This document shows positions 12,860 through 27,066 of a DNA stretch of 64,000 nt, piece by piece. The DNA is from the human T2T-CHM13v2.0 reference genome, Homo sapiens. Both the position numbers and the translations under genes were made by a program. Location of the stretch: assembly GCF_009914755.1 (NCBI RefSeq), contig NC_060944.1; one strand, written 5' to 3'. Position 1 is the first letter of the stretch; each line of letters opens with the position of its first letter. The notes under the pieces are model-generated. The model had not been told where the DNA came from. It did no database searches and saw only the letters and a list, made by a program, of their open reading frames with translations.

Positions 12860-13115
12860 TCTCCAAGCTCCATCCCAGAACTCAAATGCCATGTCTTCCA
12901 CAAAGACGTCCCTCATCAGACTCCTTGAGTCCCGGGGCACTTCAATCTTCACTTCTCTTGGGGTAACTATTCCATGGCACCTTGAAACACAGTTCTCATC
13001 CACCTAGTCGATGTCAGTGTTTACAGCGTGAGCTCATTCGTCATTTACTTCCATTCAGCACCAGGGATAGCGCCCACACTGCCCATCCCCACTGAAAGTG
13101 TGTTAAATTGAATTG
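12860..13115 (+). mobile_element. L2 (LINE2) 3' fragment hosting the RE1 at 13054
   Basis: ctcaaatgccatgtcttcc..aagacgtccct and a decayed L2 3' tail (tgttaaattgaattg). Confidence 0.5.
13054..13074 (+). promoter_or_regulatory. REST/NRSF binding site (RE1/NRSE)
   Basis: TTCAGCACCAGGGATAGCGCC matches TTCAGCACCACGGACAGCGCC at 19/21. Confidence 0.75.
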
Positions 13116-14265
13116 GCTTTAGGATGTGTCCCCAAGAAAAATGGAAATTCTCTCTGGTAAAGAAAACAAGTAGATGTCACTCTGCTGTTTATACTTGAAT
13201 ATGAATGTGTTTAATGTACGTTCTCCCAAAAGCAAGTATTCATAAGGAACAGGATAATAAAACGATGATAAATTATGAAAACAGATTCTATTGTTTTTAG
13301 CATTTACCCTGTACCATGTACAAATTATATACACATATATAATTTAACCCCACCATAACACTGAAAGACAAGTATTATTATCCTAATTTTACAATAAGGA
13401 AACAGGCTCAGAGCAGTTCAGCAACTTGTCCAAGGTTATACCAGATAAGACAGAGCTAGGCTTGAAACCAGGTCTGTGTGAAAACAGATCATCATATACT
13501 CTTAACCACGAGACCTCAGGGATGTGTTGGGGGGAGGGAGAAGGAGAGAACTCAACCAGTCCCCACTTTGACATTTTATTGAAGATGGGCATTATCAGCT
13601 TTGACTTCCAGATGAAAAGCCTCAAGCCAAGAGAGGCTCCATGACCTGTTCCAGGTCCCCAGGCTCTAAAACCACTAACCACATCCTGGTCAGTGTGAGT
13701 GTCCACTCCAAGTCCATAGAGAAGCCTGTGAAGTTCCCCCAGACACAAGAGCTCTGGGTGACTGGGTTATTTTAAACCAGGATGCGAAAGGCACCAAGGC
13801 CCCTGGCTCACTGCTTCCCCTTCCCACAGCCACTACTCTTCCTGTATCTCTGAGATAAATACCCTGGAGACTGCTGCCTCTTCTTCCTCCATGGTCAGCC
13901 TCTCCCTGGCCTAGTTATTCCCAGTGACTTGGGCCTCACATGCCTCCCTTGTCCAGGTCTTGAAGTCCATCTGAAAATCAAGGGCTGAGAGCCATCTGCA
14001 GATACTCAGGCCTCCAGAGCACTGATGTTGCCTCTGGCTGTGTCTCCAAGGATGGGTGGAGGAAGCACAACCCTGATTACTTCTGTGAGGGCCCTAACCT
14101 TTCCCTTCTCCCTGGAGCTATAGGAATCTGCCCTACCTTAAAATAAGAGATGGTTTCATCTGGAGGGAACTTAGGGATCATCCAGATCAATGCCTTTATT
14201 GTACAGAGGGCAACTGAAGCCCAAAGAGGGGCAGGAGTTAAAGGCCATGTTGGTATTAGAATTCA

Positions 14266-14543
14266 GGCTGGGTACAGTGGCTCATGGCTGTAATCCCAAC
14301 ACTTTGGGAGGCCAAGATGGGAGGACTGCTTGAGCCCAGGAGTTCAAGACCAGCCTGGGCAACATAGTGAGACCCTGCCTCTATAAAAAATTTGAAAATT
14401 ACTAGCCCACACTGTAGTCCCAGCTACTCAGGAGGCTGTGGTGGGAGGATTGCTGGAGCCCAGGAGTTTGAGGCTGCAGTGAGCTATGATCACATTGCTG
14501 CACTACAGCCTGGGTGACAGAGAACCTGTTTCAGGAAAAATAA
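14266..14543 (+). mobile_element. AluJ
   Basis: ggctgggtacagtggctca...gaggctgcagtgagctatgat. Confidence 0.92.
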
Positions 14544-15109
14544 ATTCTGGTCTCCTAATTGCTAACCTCCCTGCTCCTTTTCAGTCAACAGCCTTTCACT
14601 ATTTCTAGAGCATCTTCAGGAGGCAGCATGGCCTAATGGTTAAAAGCATGGACAATGGAGCCTGAATGCCTGGGTTGTAAACCTGGCCCCAGTCACTCTA
14701 TTAGTTGTGTGATTTTGAGAAAGTTACTCAACCTCTCTGTGGCTCAGTTTCCTCCTCTATGCTAACTGGTGTCCACACCACCAGAGTGTCCTCTTCTGCC
14801 AGTTTCTTCTCTACTCAGTGGCCTGCCTGAGCTTCCCAAATCTCAATCCTGAACACACCATCCCTTTGATTAAAACCCTTCAATGGCACCCCATTGCTTG
14901 CAGAATAAATTCCAATCTAACACACACTGTCTTTCTGACCTGGTCCCAATTTACATTTCCATTTCCCTAGTGTTCTCTACATTCTATTCACAATGAATTA
15001 TTCCAAATCTTCCATGTGACCAGCTGCCCCTCAAATTTCTTACCCATCATCCTGCATACAAAAGTCTTAGCATTCTCTTATCTTCTGGAGAAAGGTGCTT
15101 TTTAAGACA

Positions 15110-15690
15110 ACTGTTTGTTGCAGGATAATATACATAAAGAAAACTGTACAATTATATATCGCACAGTTGTAAGTGTATACCTTGATGACTATTACAAAGT
15201 TCTACGGAACCAGCACCCAGATCAAGAAGCAGAACATTACCAGTGCCCTACAGAAGGCCCACATGCCACTTCCAGTTACTTTCCACCAAAAGTAGCATTA
15301 CCCTAACTTCTAACAGCACAGACTGGTTTTGCTTATTTTGTAGTTTTCACTACATAAAATCACCTAGTGTATATTCTTTAGCATCTGGCTTCTTTTACCC
15401 AACACGACGTTTGTGGGGTTCATCCATGTTGATTGTTTCATTGCAGTTCATTCATTCTCATGACTTATTGTAGTACATTGTGTGAATATATCAAAATAAT
15501 TTTCATCTATTCTATTGCTGATGAGCATCTGGGTGGGTAGCCTCCAGTAATGAGATATTACAAATAGCTCTGCCAAAAACATTCTTGTATGTGTCTTTTG
15601 GTGACCATTTCTGTGCAGTTCTTCAGGGCACATACCTAGGAGTGCAGCTGCTGGGTTACAGGGTATGCATTTGAAATGCCTTTTAGGTGG
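15110..15690 (-). mobile_element. Old L1 (L1M) 3' fragment
   Basis: ccagatcaagaagcagaacattaccag...catctggcttcttt...catacctaggagtg..ctgctgggt. Confidence 0.75.
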
Positions 15691-16214
15691 ATTAACCACG
15701 GTGTGAACTGGAAAGGTTAACACGTTAGACTATCATTCAGCAGGAAGCAATGTTCTGAAGAAGTGAGGCTAAAGATTGGAAGATTTTGAGGAAAAAGATG
15801 GTGGAAAGCCTGTTGATTTACTGTATATCTGGCTCACATTTATATTCCCCAAATGTAATCTTTGTTAAGAGAATGTGTATACAGGGCAAACAGCACCCAG
15901 AACAGGACAGGAAGGAGGGGAAAAGGCCTGTAATACAGTTGACATTCAATAAATACTGGCTATTACTATTAACCTCTCTAAAGGTCAATGGTCAACTGCT
16001 CACTGATACCACCTCTAGTAAACTCATTATTTCATCGATTCTAAGACAAGCATTTTTTCAACATCTCCAAAATTAAGATGTGAATGGCAACCAGTGGCAT
16101 GTCAGAGTTAAATTCTGACATGTTTTAGCTCCCTTGGTGGTATATAAAGTTGTGACTTGCAACTGAAGGCCTCTAAAATGCGATTAAGTCCACAGCAAAG
16201 AACTGGCGTGTGCA

Positions 16215-16235
16215 GGAACTGTCCGTGGTGCTGAC
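16215..16235 (-). promoter_or_regulatory. REST/NRSF binding site (RE1/NRSE)
   Basis: Minus strand GTCAGCACCACGGACAGTTCC; 16-nt core TCAGCACCACGGACAG identical to the canonical RE1. Confidence 0.85.
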
Positions 16236-18054
16236 TGAGCACAGAGGACTGGGCCTGCCTAGGGCAGAGGTGGGGCTCACAAGGGAGATTTTAGAACTAC
16301 GAAGCATCCCTATCTGTGGTTGTTTTCAAACCACAATTCCTTCCCACTGGCTTGCTGGTGCCTGAAATTCCACCCTCAAAGAATCATCTTCCCACATAAA
16401 GACAGGAATTTCCATTTATCGAGTTGAACCAGAGCCTATGAGAGGTGCTCAGCACTCATCATTTCATGTAATCTTCACAACCACCAGTGAAGGTAAGTAT
16501 TGTCTTCATTTTCAGAAGGGAAAGCTGAAGCTCAGGGGTTAATGAACCTGCCCATAATTACAAAGCTGGCATGTGGGATGTGATCCTGGTTCAACGCAGG
16601 CCAGAGTGCAATTTTTGCCCTTTACGCTGCTCTACACTGGAGGGAGGGATAAGTGCCTCAGACCTTTTTCCAAGAGGATTTGAAGAGGAAAGAGGAGAGA
16701 TCATAAAGACACAGAGATGAAGTGAGTGAAAGCAAGAGGGGCAAAAGGCACATGATAAGGATTTGAGAACCCTAGAGAGGGAGGGGAAAGATTTTGTGAG
16801 AATCAACTGGGTAATAAATATGGAATGTGCTTTGTAACTCTAAAGGGTTATGCCCCTGGAAGGAAACGTTACTCTCACTTATCCAACAAAATATACATTT
16901 ATTGAGTTCATTTCCTATGCCATGCTGTTCTTGTCTCTGGGGATTTGAATAAGATACAGTCTTTGACCTTAAGAAACTTACAGGTAGTAGAGTGTGGGGG
17001 GGACATGAAACAGATAAGTAATTATTATTCATTCAACACACTCTTTACTAATTGCCTATTCAGGGCCAGATCCTGTGCGGTAGACTCATAACATAGATGA
17101 ATTAAACCCAGACCTTGCTGAAACTCCCAGTCTACCAGAATAGATAGGCAAGTAAAGGGGCAATTGTGCAATAATTACAACGTAGCATAATGTAAGGGCA
17201 GAGATATACACAGAGTATTATGGGAGCTGAGGAGAAGGGTAATTAATGCAGCACTGGAGTTAGAGGCACGGTCTGGGTTGTAAGCAGAATTGATTCAATG
17301 CTGAATTATACTTGATTGCAAATAAAATCAGAAGATTTCATTGTACATGCAAGCACTACCTTCCAGTACAACTGAAGGTTATACTGACAAATAAAAACAT
17401 GGAGATAGAGTGAAGAGGAAAATGTGGAACCAAATGAAAACTGAAGGCAAAAAGTTCCAGATGCAGAGTAAATGCATTTGGGGTTGGGGAGGTCCTATGC
17501 TGAGCAGGGGTGGTCAGGGGAAAGTCATTTACTCTCCTCGAGCCAATGTGGAAAGACTTTCTAAAGAAGAGGCATTTCCACAATCATTGGAAGGAAGACA
17601 ATTCACAGTCCCACAAAAAGCTGTTTTTCCTCAGGAAGCTATTTCCATCAGCATTTGGGACAAGCTAAACAAGCCTTGGAAGGAACTGGGTTGTGGGCAA
17701 AAGGTAGAGTCTATGGCCCCATATGGCACTGGGAAGCTACACAATCCACACAGCATTCAAGACTTCCAGGATTTGCCCCAAACCTATACTACAAGTCTGC
17801 CATGATGCACATACCAGGTGTTCTATCCACACGGAATTACTCATCATTCACCAAATACAGCCCACGTACTTCCGTCTTCTTAGGAGAACAGGCTCTGGAG
17901 CCAGAAAAACTGAGTTTGGGACTTGAAGCATGCCTCTGCCACTTTCTGAGTAAACTAAATAAACTTACTGAACTAATCTGAGTCTAAGTTCCCCTGCAAA
18001 ACAGGAAAAATGATAGAATCCACTCCACCTATTGTTGTAAGGATTAAATGTACT

Positions 18055-18600
18055 AGTAAGCTCTTATTAGGTTATGCTGCAATAACAAGTTACCCCCAAA
18101 TTTCAGTGGCTTACAGAACAAAGTTCTTGTTCATACTTAACATACCTTATTTTTCTGAGATGGACTTTTGCTCTGTGGCCTATACTGGAGTGCAGTGGCA
18201 CAACCTTGGCTCACTGCAACCCGTCTCCCAGGTTCAAGTGATTCTCCTGCCTTAGCCTCCCAAGTAGCTGGGGTTACATGCATGCACCACCATGCCTGGC
18301 TAATTTTTTTTTTCCTTTTTGTATTTTTAGTAGAGATGGGGTTTCACCATGTTGGCCAGTTTGGTCTCAAACTCCTAACCTCAAATGATCTGCCTGCCTC
18401 AGCCTCCCAAAAGTGCTGGGATTACAGGCATGAACCACCATGCCCAGCCATACTTAACATACTTTACGAGTTAGCTATGGTTCTATCCCACGAACTCATC
18501 TGGGACCCAGGGTGAAGGGGCAGGCCCTATCTGGGACAAGCTGGTCTCATGGCAGAGGAATGATGGAACCATGAGGGAATTCTTCCAGCTGCTGCACTTT
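18055..18600 (-). mobile_element. MLT1-type MaLR LTR interrupted by an Alu
   Basis: tatgctgcaataacaa..ccccaaatttcagtggctta resumes after the Alu TSD. Confidence 0.55.
18146..18449 (-). mobile_element. AluS
   Basis: Antisense Alu; TSD catacttaacatac. Confidence 0.93.
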
Positions 18601-19065
18601 TCTCTATGTGTATTTCAAAACTTTTAAAAGAAAAGGAAGGGAAAGAAATATGGCCTCTAACAGACAGATGCTGCCAAACATGTAGGGGAGGCAAGGAAGC
18701 TCCCTCCTCTCCACAAACACTGGAAAGAGAACTCCTCAAGACACCAAATGGTTTGTTCCAACAAGGTAGCATATTAGCCCATGATAGCACAGATCCATGT
18801 TAACTGTGAAATAGATCTCTCATACCCCTTGTGGGACTGAACTCAATGACATAACATGTGCACAACGACTGTCACAGTAAGATACAGGCACTCAGTAAAT
18901 TGCAGCTACTATTATAAACAATACTCTGAGATAGAGAGTAGTGTCCCTGATTCTCAGAAACTCTCAGAAAACTGAGGCTCTGAGAACTGAAGCAGTTTGC
19001 CCAAGGTCCCACAGCAAGTAAAGGTTGGAGAGGAAGAATGCAAAACAAATCCGCTCCATTCAAAC

Positions 19066-19875
<810 letters not shown>

Positions 19876-20954
19876 AATCTCCTTCCACTTCATCTCATCT
19901 CCCAGGCCAGGCTGTTAACCCTATTCTACACTGACCCCAAGAGGGTCAAGGAGCCCACAGGCAGGGAGGCTCCCCCTAAGCCAGAAGCAGTGTGGAAAAC
20001 CTGCTGCAAAGGCCAGACAAGGCCAACTTGTACAGTCTGTCCCCTCGGATGTCATCTTCAGATAACACATGTGCACATGTATCCCCACAAAGGCCCACGG
20101 ATGAAAACGTGCAGTGGGTACATGGGAAGCAGAGATGTAGGGGATGGGGTGGGGTTGGAAATGAGGGAATTCCTTCCTTCCAGTCCCACCAGGGCAAGCC
20201 TCAGGCTCCCCATCACCACCTTCCTCAATCAACAGATGGCCAGCTTCCTCCAGAGCCTCCAAGACTAGAGCTAGCAAGGCTTAGTTAAGACCACCTGAAA
20301 CCACCTGGCACCAGCACTCACCAGAGCAAACCCACCTTGGACTAGCTGTTCTCAGCACTGAGGCTGTAGTGATGTTGGCCTTAGGCAGCACATCCCCTGT
20401 TGCTCCAGCTTGGCTCATCCACGTCCCAAAACTGCTTAAAATCCGTCTCTCTCCAGACTGTTCTGCAGGATAGCAGCTAACCCAGTGTCCACTAAGGCTT
20501 CTCAAGAACCTCCCACATACATGCTTAACGCACGCTGGGTCTCCTACTCCTTGGATGAGCAGCGCTATCCTTTATCTTGAAGCAGTTTAAACAAATCTCT
20601 TCCTTGATTTGGCCTTAGCAGAGTTGCAGAGAAGCTGGGCCCCACCTTGGCTAAGGCACCTCCCTTGGTTGCTTTTCTCTCTCTCAAATGAGGGCAGGGA
20701 CACTGGCTGGCACTCAGCAGGTCCTCCACACAGACACCAAAGGCTGAAGGAATTCCAGCTCATGGCTTCTCAACTTTAATGTGCAAATGGATCACACAGG
20801 AATCTTGTTAAAATGCAGATTCTAATTCAGCAGGTCTCAGGTGGGGCCTGAGATTCAGCACTTCTCACAACTCCTAGGTGAGGTCAATGCTGCTGGTCTG
20901 TGGCCCACACATTGAGTAGCAAGATTCTAGCCCATTCCATTCACTCTTTTCTGA

Positions 20955-21387
<433 letters not shown>

Positions 21388-24363
21388 AAAAGCCATTCTT
21401 TCGCATACACAAACCTGCAAATCTTAGTTCCTGCAGAAAAGAGGATGCAACAGGGGATAGAAAAAGAAAAAGCCTTGGCAGGGAGTGAGAACTCCTGGGT
21501 CTTGTCCCAGCTCCACTACTGACTTCCGGTGTGACATCAGACAACTTTCTGCTCCTCTCTTGAGCTTCAGTTTTCCCACCATGAGAGAAGTGGACTAGAT
21601 TGGGGATGATACATAGGTTTTCTTTTTTTTTTTTTTTTTTGCCAACTCTGGTAGCTGTTGCCTGAAATACCCTGTGCTAAGAATTCTTAGACTGTGCCTG
21701 GACTTGGCAGAAAAGGATGCCATGATTGATTGGTGATGCCTGCCATGGTCCCAGGAAAGGGGGCCTTGATTGATTGGTGTTGTCTGCCAAGATCCCAGGC
21801 CTGGAGGGTGATGGGCTTCCTGCCAGATGTCCGCCTACCCCAGAGAGCCCTTCCAGCTGTGACATTCCACACAGCTCATTCAGAGTCATGCCACACTGGG
21901 CAAAGAGAAGTCTGTGCCTGTCCTCAAGGGGGCAGGAAGGGATAATTCTTTAAGCTTCTGGCTTCTCAAACCTGCTGCCCTACAGCCCCCTTTGAGAAGA
22001 GGTAGCAGAATCCCTGCTCAGTGGCAGAGGACAGCATGTCCTTGTGCTCCCATCCTTCCCTATTTTTAACTCCAAGGACAGCAGCTCAGGCAGAAGCTGA
22101 AATATGGAAGGGCCACCCAGCCTCTGAGGGAGGGGAACCACACCCCCACCATCATTCCCAAACTGCTCCATGGTTGGCCAAGTGAGAGTCGAGGCAAGGG
22201 ACAGAAGGTTCCTCACCTCCCGTGTGAATCTCTCACAGCCCCATCCCATCCTTCCCCAGGCAGGGCCAGTCACCCCTCCTTGGTACACCCACAGACCTCT
22301 CTGCTAGTCCCTATCCTGCTGCACCCTGTATTTGTTCATTCATGCACCCCATTTACATATATGTGCCAGCCTTCATACTAGTGCCGAGGACGCAGCATTG
22401 AACAAGACAGATGGGGGTCCTCACCCACTGAGCTCTTCTAGTCTAGGGTGGAAGACAGACAGCAAACAGGATGGCAGCATAATTCTGTAGTTACAACTAT
22501 AGTCTAAGTGCTTAGAAGAGAACTGTACCATGGTCACCCCATGTGCCTGTACACTCCTCAAGAACTGGAATTCTCTCACTCATCTTTCTATCCCTGGAAC
22601 CTAAGGCCTAAGCTGGCAGAAAGGAGGGTTCAGAGATTATTTGTTGATTGAAAATATTACACAAGAGACATCATGTGAAGTTTGAGAGCCCTACAGGAGC
22701 CTGTCTCAGACTAGATGAGATTCATTCATTCATTCACTCATTCACTCACAAAGTATTTTTTTTGAGCACTTTCTACATGTCCAACACGGTTCTAGGCACT
22801 GGACCTAGAGCAGGAAACAAGACAAGGAAAAACGAACTGTCCTCCTGAATCTCCATGCTAGGAGAGGCAAGCAAACATCAAGCCAGACAAATACAGAAAG
22901 ATAGAGAGGATGCTAGAAGGCAATAAGGGCAGGGATAGGAGTTTCTCTCTGAAACAGAGTGATCAGAGAAAGCATTCCCAACACAGGGAACAGAAACGTA
23001 AAGGCCCGTGGCAGACATGTCTGGTATGTTCGAAGGAGACGAGAGTGGCTGGAGCAGACAGAGCAAGGGGGAGTGGTGTGAGATGAGGTTTGAGATGATG
23101 GGGCAGGAGGAGAGGGCAGACTGAAAAACTGACACACCTCACACCAAGCTGGCATACAATTGATGGAAGAGATGGTGGCGATGACGATAATGACAATGAC
23201 GATGTGATGATAAAAGCAGCTAGCATTCATTGGGCACGGGTGACAGGTGCTATGCTACTCAATTAACATGGATTTGTTTATCTAATCCCCACAACAATCT
23301 GTGAAATATGTCTTATATTATACCCATTTTATAGATAGGGAAGCTGAGGTTCAACAAAATTTACGCAGCCTGGAGGTGGCAGGGCTGGGACGGGAACACC
23401 GGCCGCCTGGAGCCAAAGTCCACTGGCTTGCTGATCACACCCTGTCCTGTTCCACATGCACCATGAACACCAGTTTCCTCCCCTCCCAGAGTTCCTAAAT
23501 CTTTTGGACTCCTTTGAAAATCTGCTGGGAGCTGCTTTTCCCCAGAGAAAAGTTTTGGTTTTCTCCAGGAAAAAAAAAAAAAAATAGAGATGCACAATGA
23601 TACAACTTGAACGTAATTTCAAGAGGTTCAAGGTTATAAACTCCAGCCCTAAAAGTAAGCATTTTATAAGCATTTATAACAAAAACAAGAATTTTCAGAG
23701 TTTTCCAAAGATGCAATAGGGGAACACAAGTGTCTGCAATACCAGCTAAAACCACTTCCATACAATTTGTCAAGAGCCTATCAGGAATAAGGCACTTGTA
23801 GAATCGTATCTCATTTAAACCTCATTTTAGTCCTGTGAGGTGATTATAATTAGGATCCCTTTACAAACTAGGAAACTGAGACACACAAAGTTTAAGTAAC
23901 TTGCCCAGGCTCACAGAGGTGGTATCTGGCAGAATTGAAATTAACCACAGATCTAGCTGGCTCCAGACCTCAGTCTCTATTCCAGACATTCTCTTCTGGC
24001 TTCTCCAATGGCATTTCTTCATCTTCCCAGACAGGGGAAGAAACTTGCTCAAGGTCTCACAGCTCAGCACATCTGGAGTAGCCATTAGCCACATGTGAAC
24101 ACTTAAACTTTAAAAAAAAATTAAGAATTCAGTCCTCAGTTGCAGGGATCACATTTCAAGTGCTGAGTAGCCACCTGTGACTAGTGGCTACAGTATCGCA
24201 CAGTGCAGGCACAGAACATTTTCATCATTGCAGAAATGTCTATTGGGCAGCGCTGGGCTAGAACTTGGTCTCTTGACTGCCAATTTTAGTTTTTCCACTG
24301 TCAGGGGCTACTAGAAATTAGATTTGCTTGATAAATGAAGTTGACCATGAAGAGGAGACAGGA

Positions 24364-24642
24364 GGTGGGTGCAGTGGTCCATACTTATAATCCCAGCAGT
24401 TTAGAAGGCCAAAGCAGGAGGGTCATTTCAGCCCAGGAGTTCGAGACCAGCCTGGGCAACATAGCGAGACCCTGTCTCTCAAAAAATTTTGAAAACTAGC
24501 CAGTCAAGGCGGCTTGTGCCTGCTGTACAAGCTACTTGGGAGGCTGAGGTTTGAGCCCAGGAATTCAAGGCTGCAGTGAGCTATGATCACACCACTGCAC
24601 TAAAATCTGGGTGACAGAGAAAGACCCTGTCTCTAAAAATAA
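24364..24642 (+). mobile_element. AluJ
   Basis: Diverged Alu dimer. Confidence 0.9.
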
Positions 24643-25167
24643 TTTTTTAAGTGGGTGATTTTACTACCCACTTAAAAAAAATGATACTGATGATGCTGAT
24701 AACAGTGACTGCCATTTAGTAATAACTTTTTCACAATGTACTCCATCAACTGGAGCAGGGCTGGGCATGTATTAAGCACTCAATAAAAATGTCTTGGATG
24801 TTGAATTTACCATGAAAATGTCTTACAGAACAGTAATAATAATAAATTACTATGAAGTGAATGCCTTACGGCTGCACTGCACCCAACCACACTTAGTGTC
24901 ATAAGCCTTCCAATAACCTGAGGGGTAAGCACTGTTATTGTCTCTATTTACAAATGAGGACACCGAGACACAGCAAGGTTATGTCATGTGTTTAAAGACA
25001 CAGCTAACAGGGTAGAAGAAAAAAAGGGAGAGGGTGGTTTAAATCCGGGTCTGTCTGAATTTAAAATCTCTATATTTTTTACCTCCCAAATCAAGAGAGC
25101 ATTTTGTGTACAACAAAGGTCTGTACAAATGTCACTTACCAGTATCATCACAGTATGAGAATTTCTT

Positions 25168-25415
25168 TTTATTATTATAATTTTTTTGAGACGGAGTCTC
25201 TCTCTGTCACCCAGGCTGGAGTGCAGTGGAGCGATCTCGGCTCACTGCAAGCTCCGCCTCCCAGTTCACACCATTCTCCTGCCTCCGCCTCCTGAGTAGC
25301 TGGGACGGCAGGCACCCGCCACCACACCCGGCTAATTTTTTGTATTTTTAGTAGAGACAGGGTTTCACCATGTTAGCCAGGATGGTCTCAATCTCCTGGC
25401 CTCGTGATCCGCCCG
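25168..25415 (-). mobile_element. AluY, 5'-truncated, 23-bp TSD
   Basis: Diagnostic gcaagctccgcc and ccattctcc; TSD tcatcaca(g/a)tatgagaatttctt at 25145-25167 and 25416-25438. Confidence 0.9.
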
Positions 25416-25438
25416 TCATCACAATATGAGAATTTCTT

Positions 25439-25734
25439 ATTTTTTTGAGAGATAGGGCCTTGCTGTTGTCCAGGTTGGAGTGCTATGACACAATCGCAGC
25501 TCACTTTAACCTTAAACTTCTGGGCTCAGCAATCGTCGTACGTCAGCCTCCTGAGCAGCTAGGACTATAAGCACACGCCACCACATCTGGCTGAGTTTTA
25601 TTTATTATAGAGATGGTGGTCTTGCTATGTTGCCCAGCCTGGGCTGGAACTCCTGGCCTCAAGCAATCCTCCTGCCACCTCAGCTTTCCAAAGTGCCGGG
25701 ATTACAGTCATGAGATGAGCCACTGTGCCCAGCC
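25439..25734 (-). mobile_element. AluJ
   Basis: Diverged antisense Alu next to the AluY. Confidence 0.88.
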
Positions 25735-26674
25735 CAACATGTGAAGATTAATGGGCCCAGGGAGAAGAAGGATTTTCCACAGTTGAGCTGCCTGTCAACA
25801 GAATGGGGAGATTGTGAGCTCTCTTTCCTGTTGCTAGAGGCACCCAAGGGAGAATAAACTCCTACCCAGCAGGGAGACTGGGATGGGAACTGAGCTGTGG
25901 TCCCCAGGTGGGACACTGGATCAGCACAGAGAATCCCAAATGTGGTTGAACATCAGAATCGCCTGGGAGCTTGTGAAGCAACAGAGTCCAGGCTGCACGC
26001 CTGATTTTTAATTGAGTGGTCTGGGTTGGGGATCAGGATCCTGGCTGCTGACGAAAGGCACATGCAGCGCAGGTTGAGAGTCATGGACTAGCAAAATGCT
26101 GAGTGTCCTTCTTACCCAAGATCACTGGATTACAGGCCACGGAGCCACTAAAGGAACTCAGGACACACTGTTAAAAAACATATGATTTGCCCAATAATAA
26201 TGAAGGCATGCTCTGGCCAGGCACTGTGCCAAGCATGACACCTGTGGTCCCATAGACCCCTCCTCCCAGGCTACCTCCTCCCCAGGCTCCTCTACCCTCC
26301 TTCCATTTTTCAACTCCAGCATCCTCTCTTCCAGGAAGCCTCCCCTGATTCCCAGAGCTGGGGACCTCTCCTTGGGGTCCCACAACAGATATGATTCTCA
26401 CTTGTGAATGTCCGCGTCTATGTTTACCCGCTGCCACTCCAGGCTGTGACAATGCTAGTGTCTCACTCAAGTCCTTGTGCCCAGCACCTAGGGCCTGGCC
26501 CAGTGCAGGTGCTCACTAAACATCTGCAGAGAGGACTTGCTCTGCTCCATGAAGGATGGACAGAGGAGGCAGTGAAGAAAGCAGCCGCTGCAGGAAGGAA
26601 GTAATCCAGGTCACCAGGTTGGAAGGAGACAGAACCTACAAATTCTCCCCGCCACTGTTCAGAAGAGGCCTGGG

Positions 26675-26684
26675 CTATTTATAG
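26675..26684. promoter_or_regulatory. MEF2 consensus site CTATTTATAG
   Basis: Matches CTA(A/T)4TAG in unique intronic sequence. Confidence 0.35.
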
Positions 26685-27034
26685 CTCACAAGCCTTCTGC
26701 TTCTTGCATTTAAATGCAGGGCCAGGCATAGAATAAAATCCTGGGGAGGTCTGTCAGTTTTCAAATTTATTTATTTATTTTCTATAAGAACGGGAGCAGA
26801 AAGCAGGGACAAAAATGAACCATGCCTATTAGGGTGCGCTGCCTCGTGCTGTCCCTAGGTCTGCCTTGCCAAGTCTGTTGACAGAAGAGTTGCACGCAGT
26901 TCTAGACCTGATCCTAGAAATCAGAGTATCCCTGTGGAGACTGGCCTGTGAAGGTCCTTTTAAGGTGATTTTTAAATGGTAGCTTCAGCTTACAAACTAG
27001 TATTACAGCATGACCCTGCTTTGGTTTAAATATG

Positions 27035-27066
27035 TGTTGTGTGTGTGCACGCGCACGCGCACACAC
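27035..27066. repeat. Alternating purine-pyrimidine (TG)/(CG)/(CA) tract
   Basis: tgttgtgtgtgtgcacgcgcacgcgcacacac. Confidence 0.85.
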
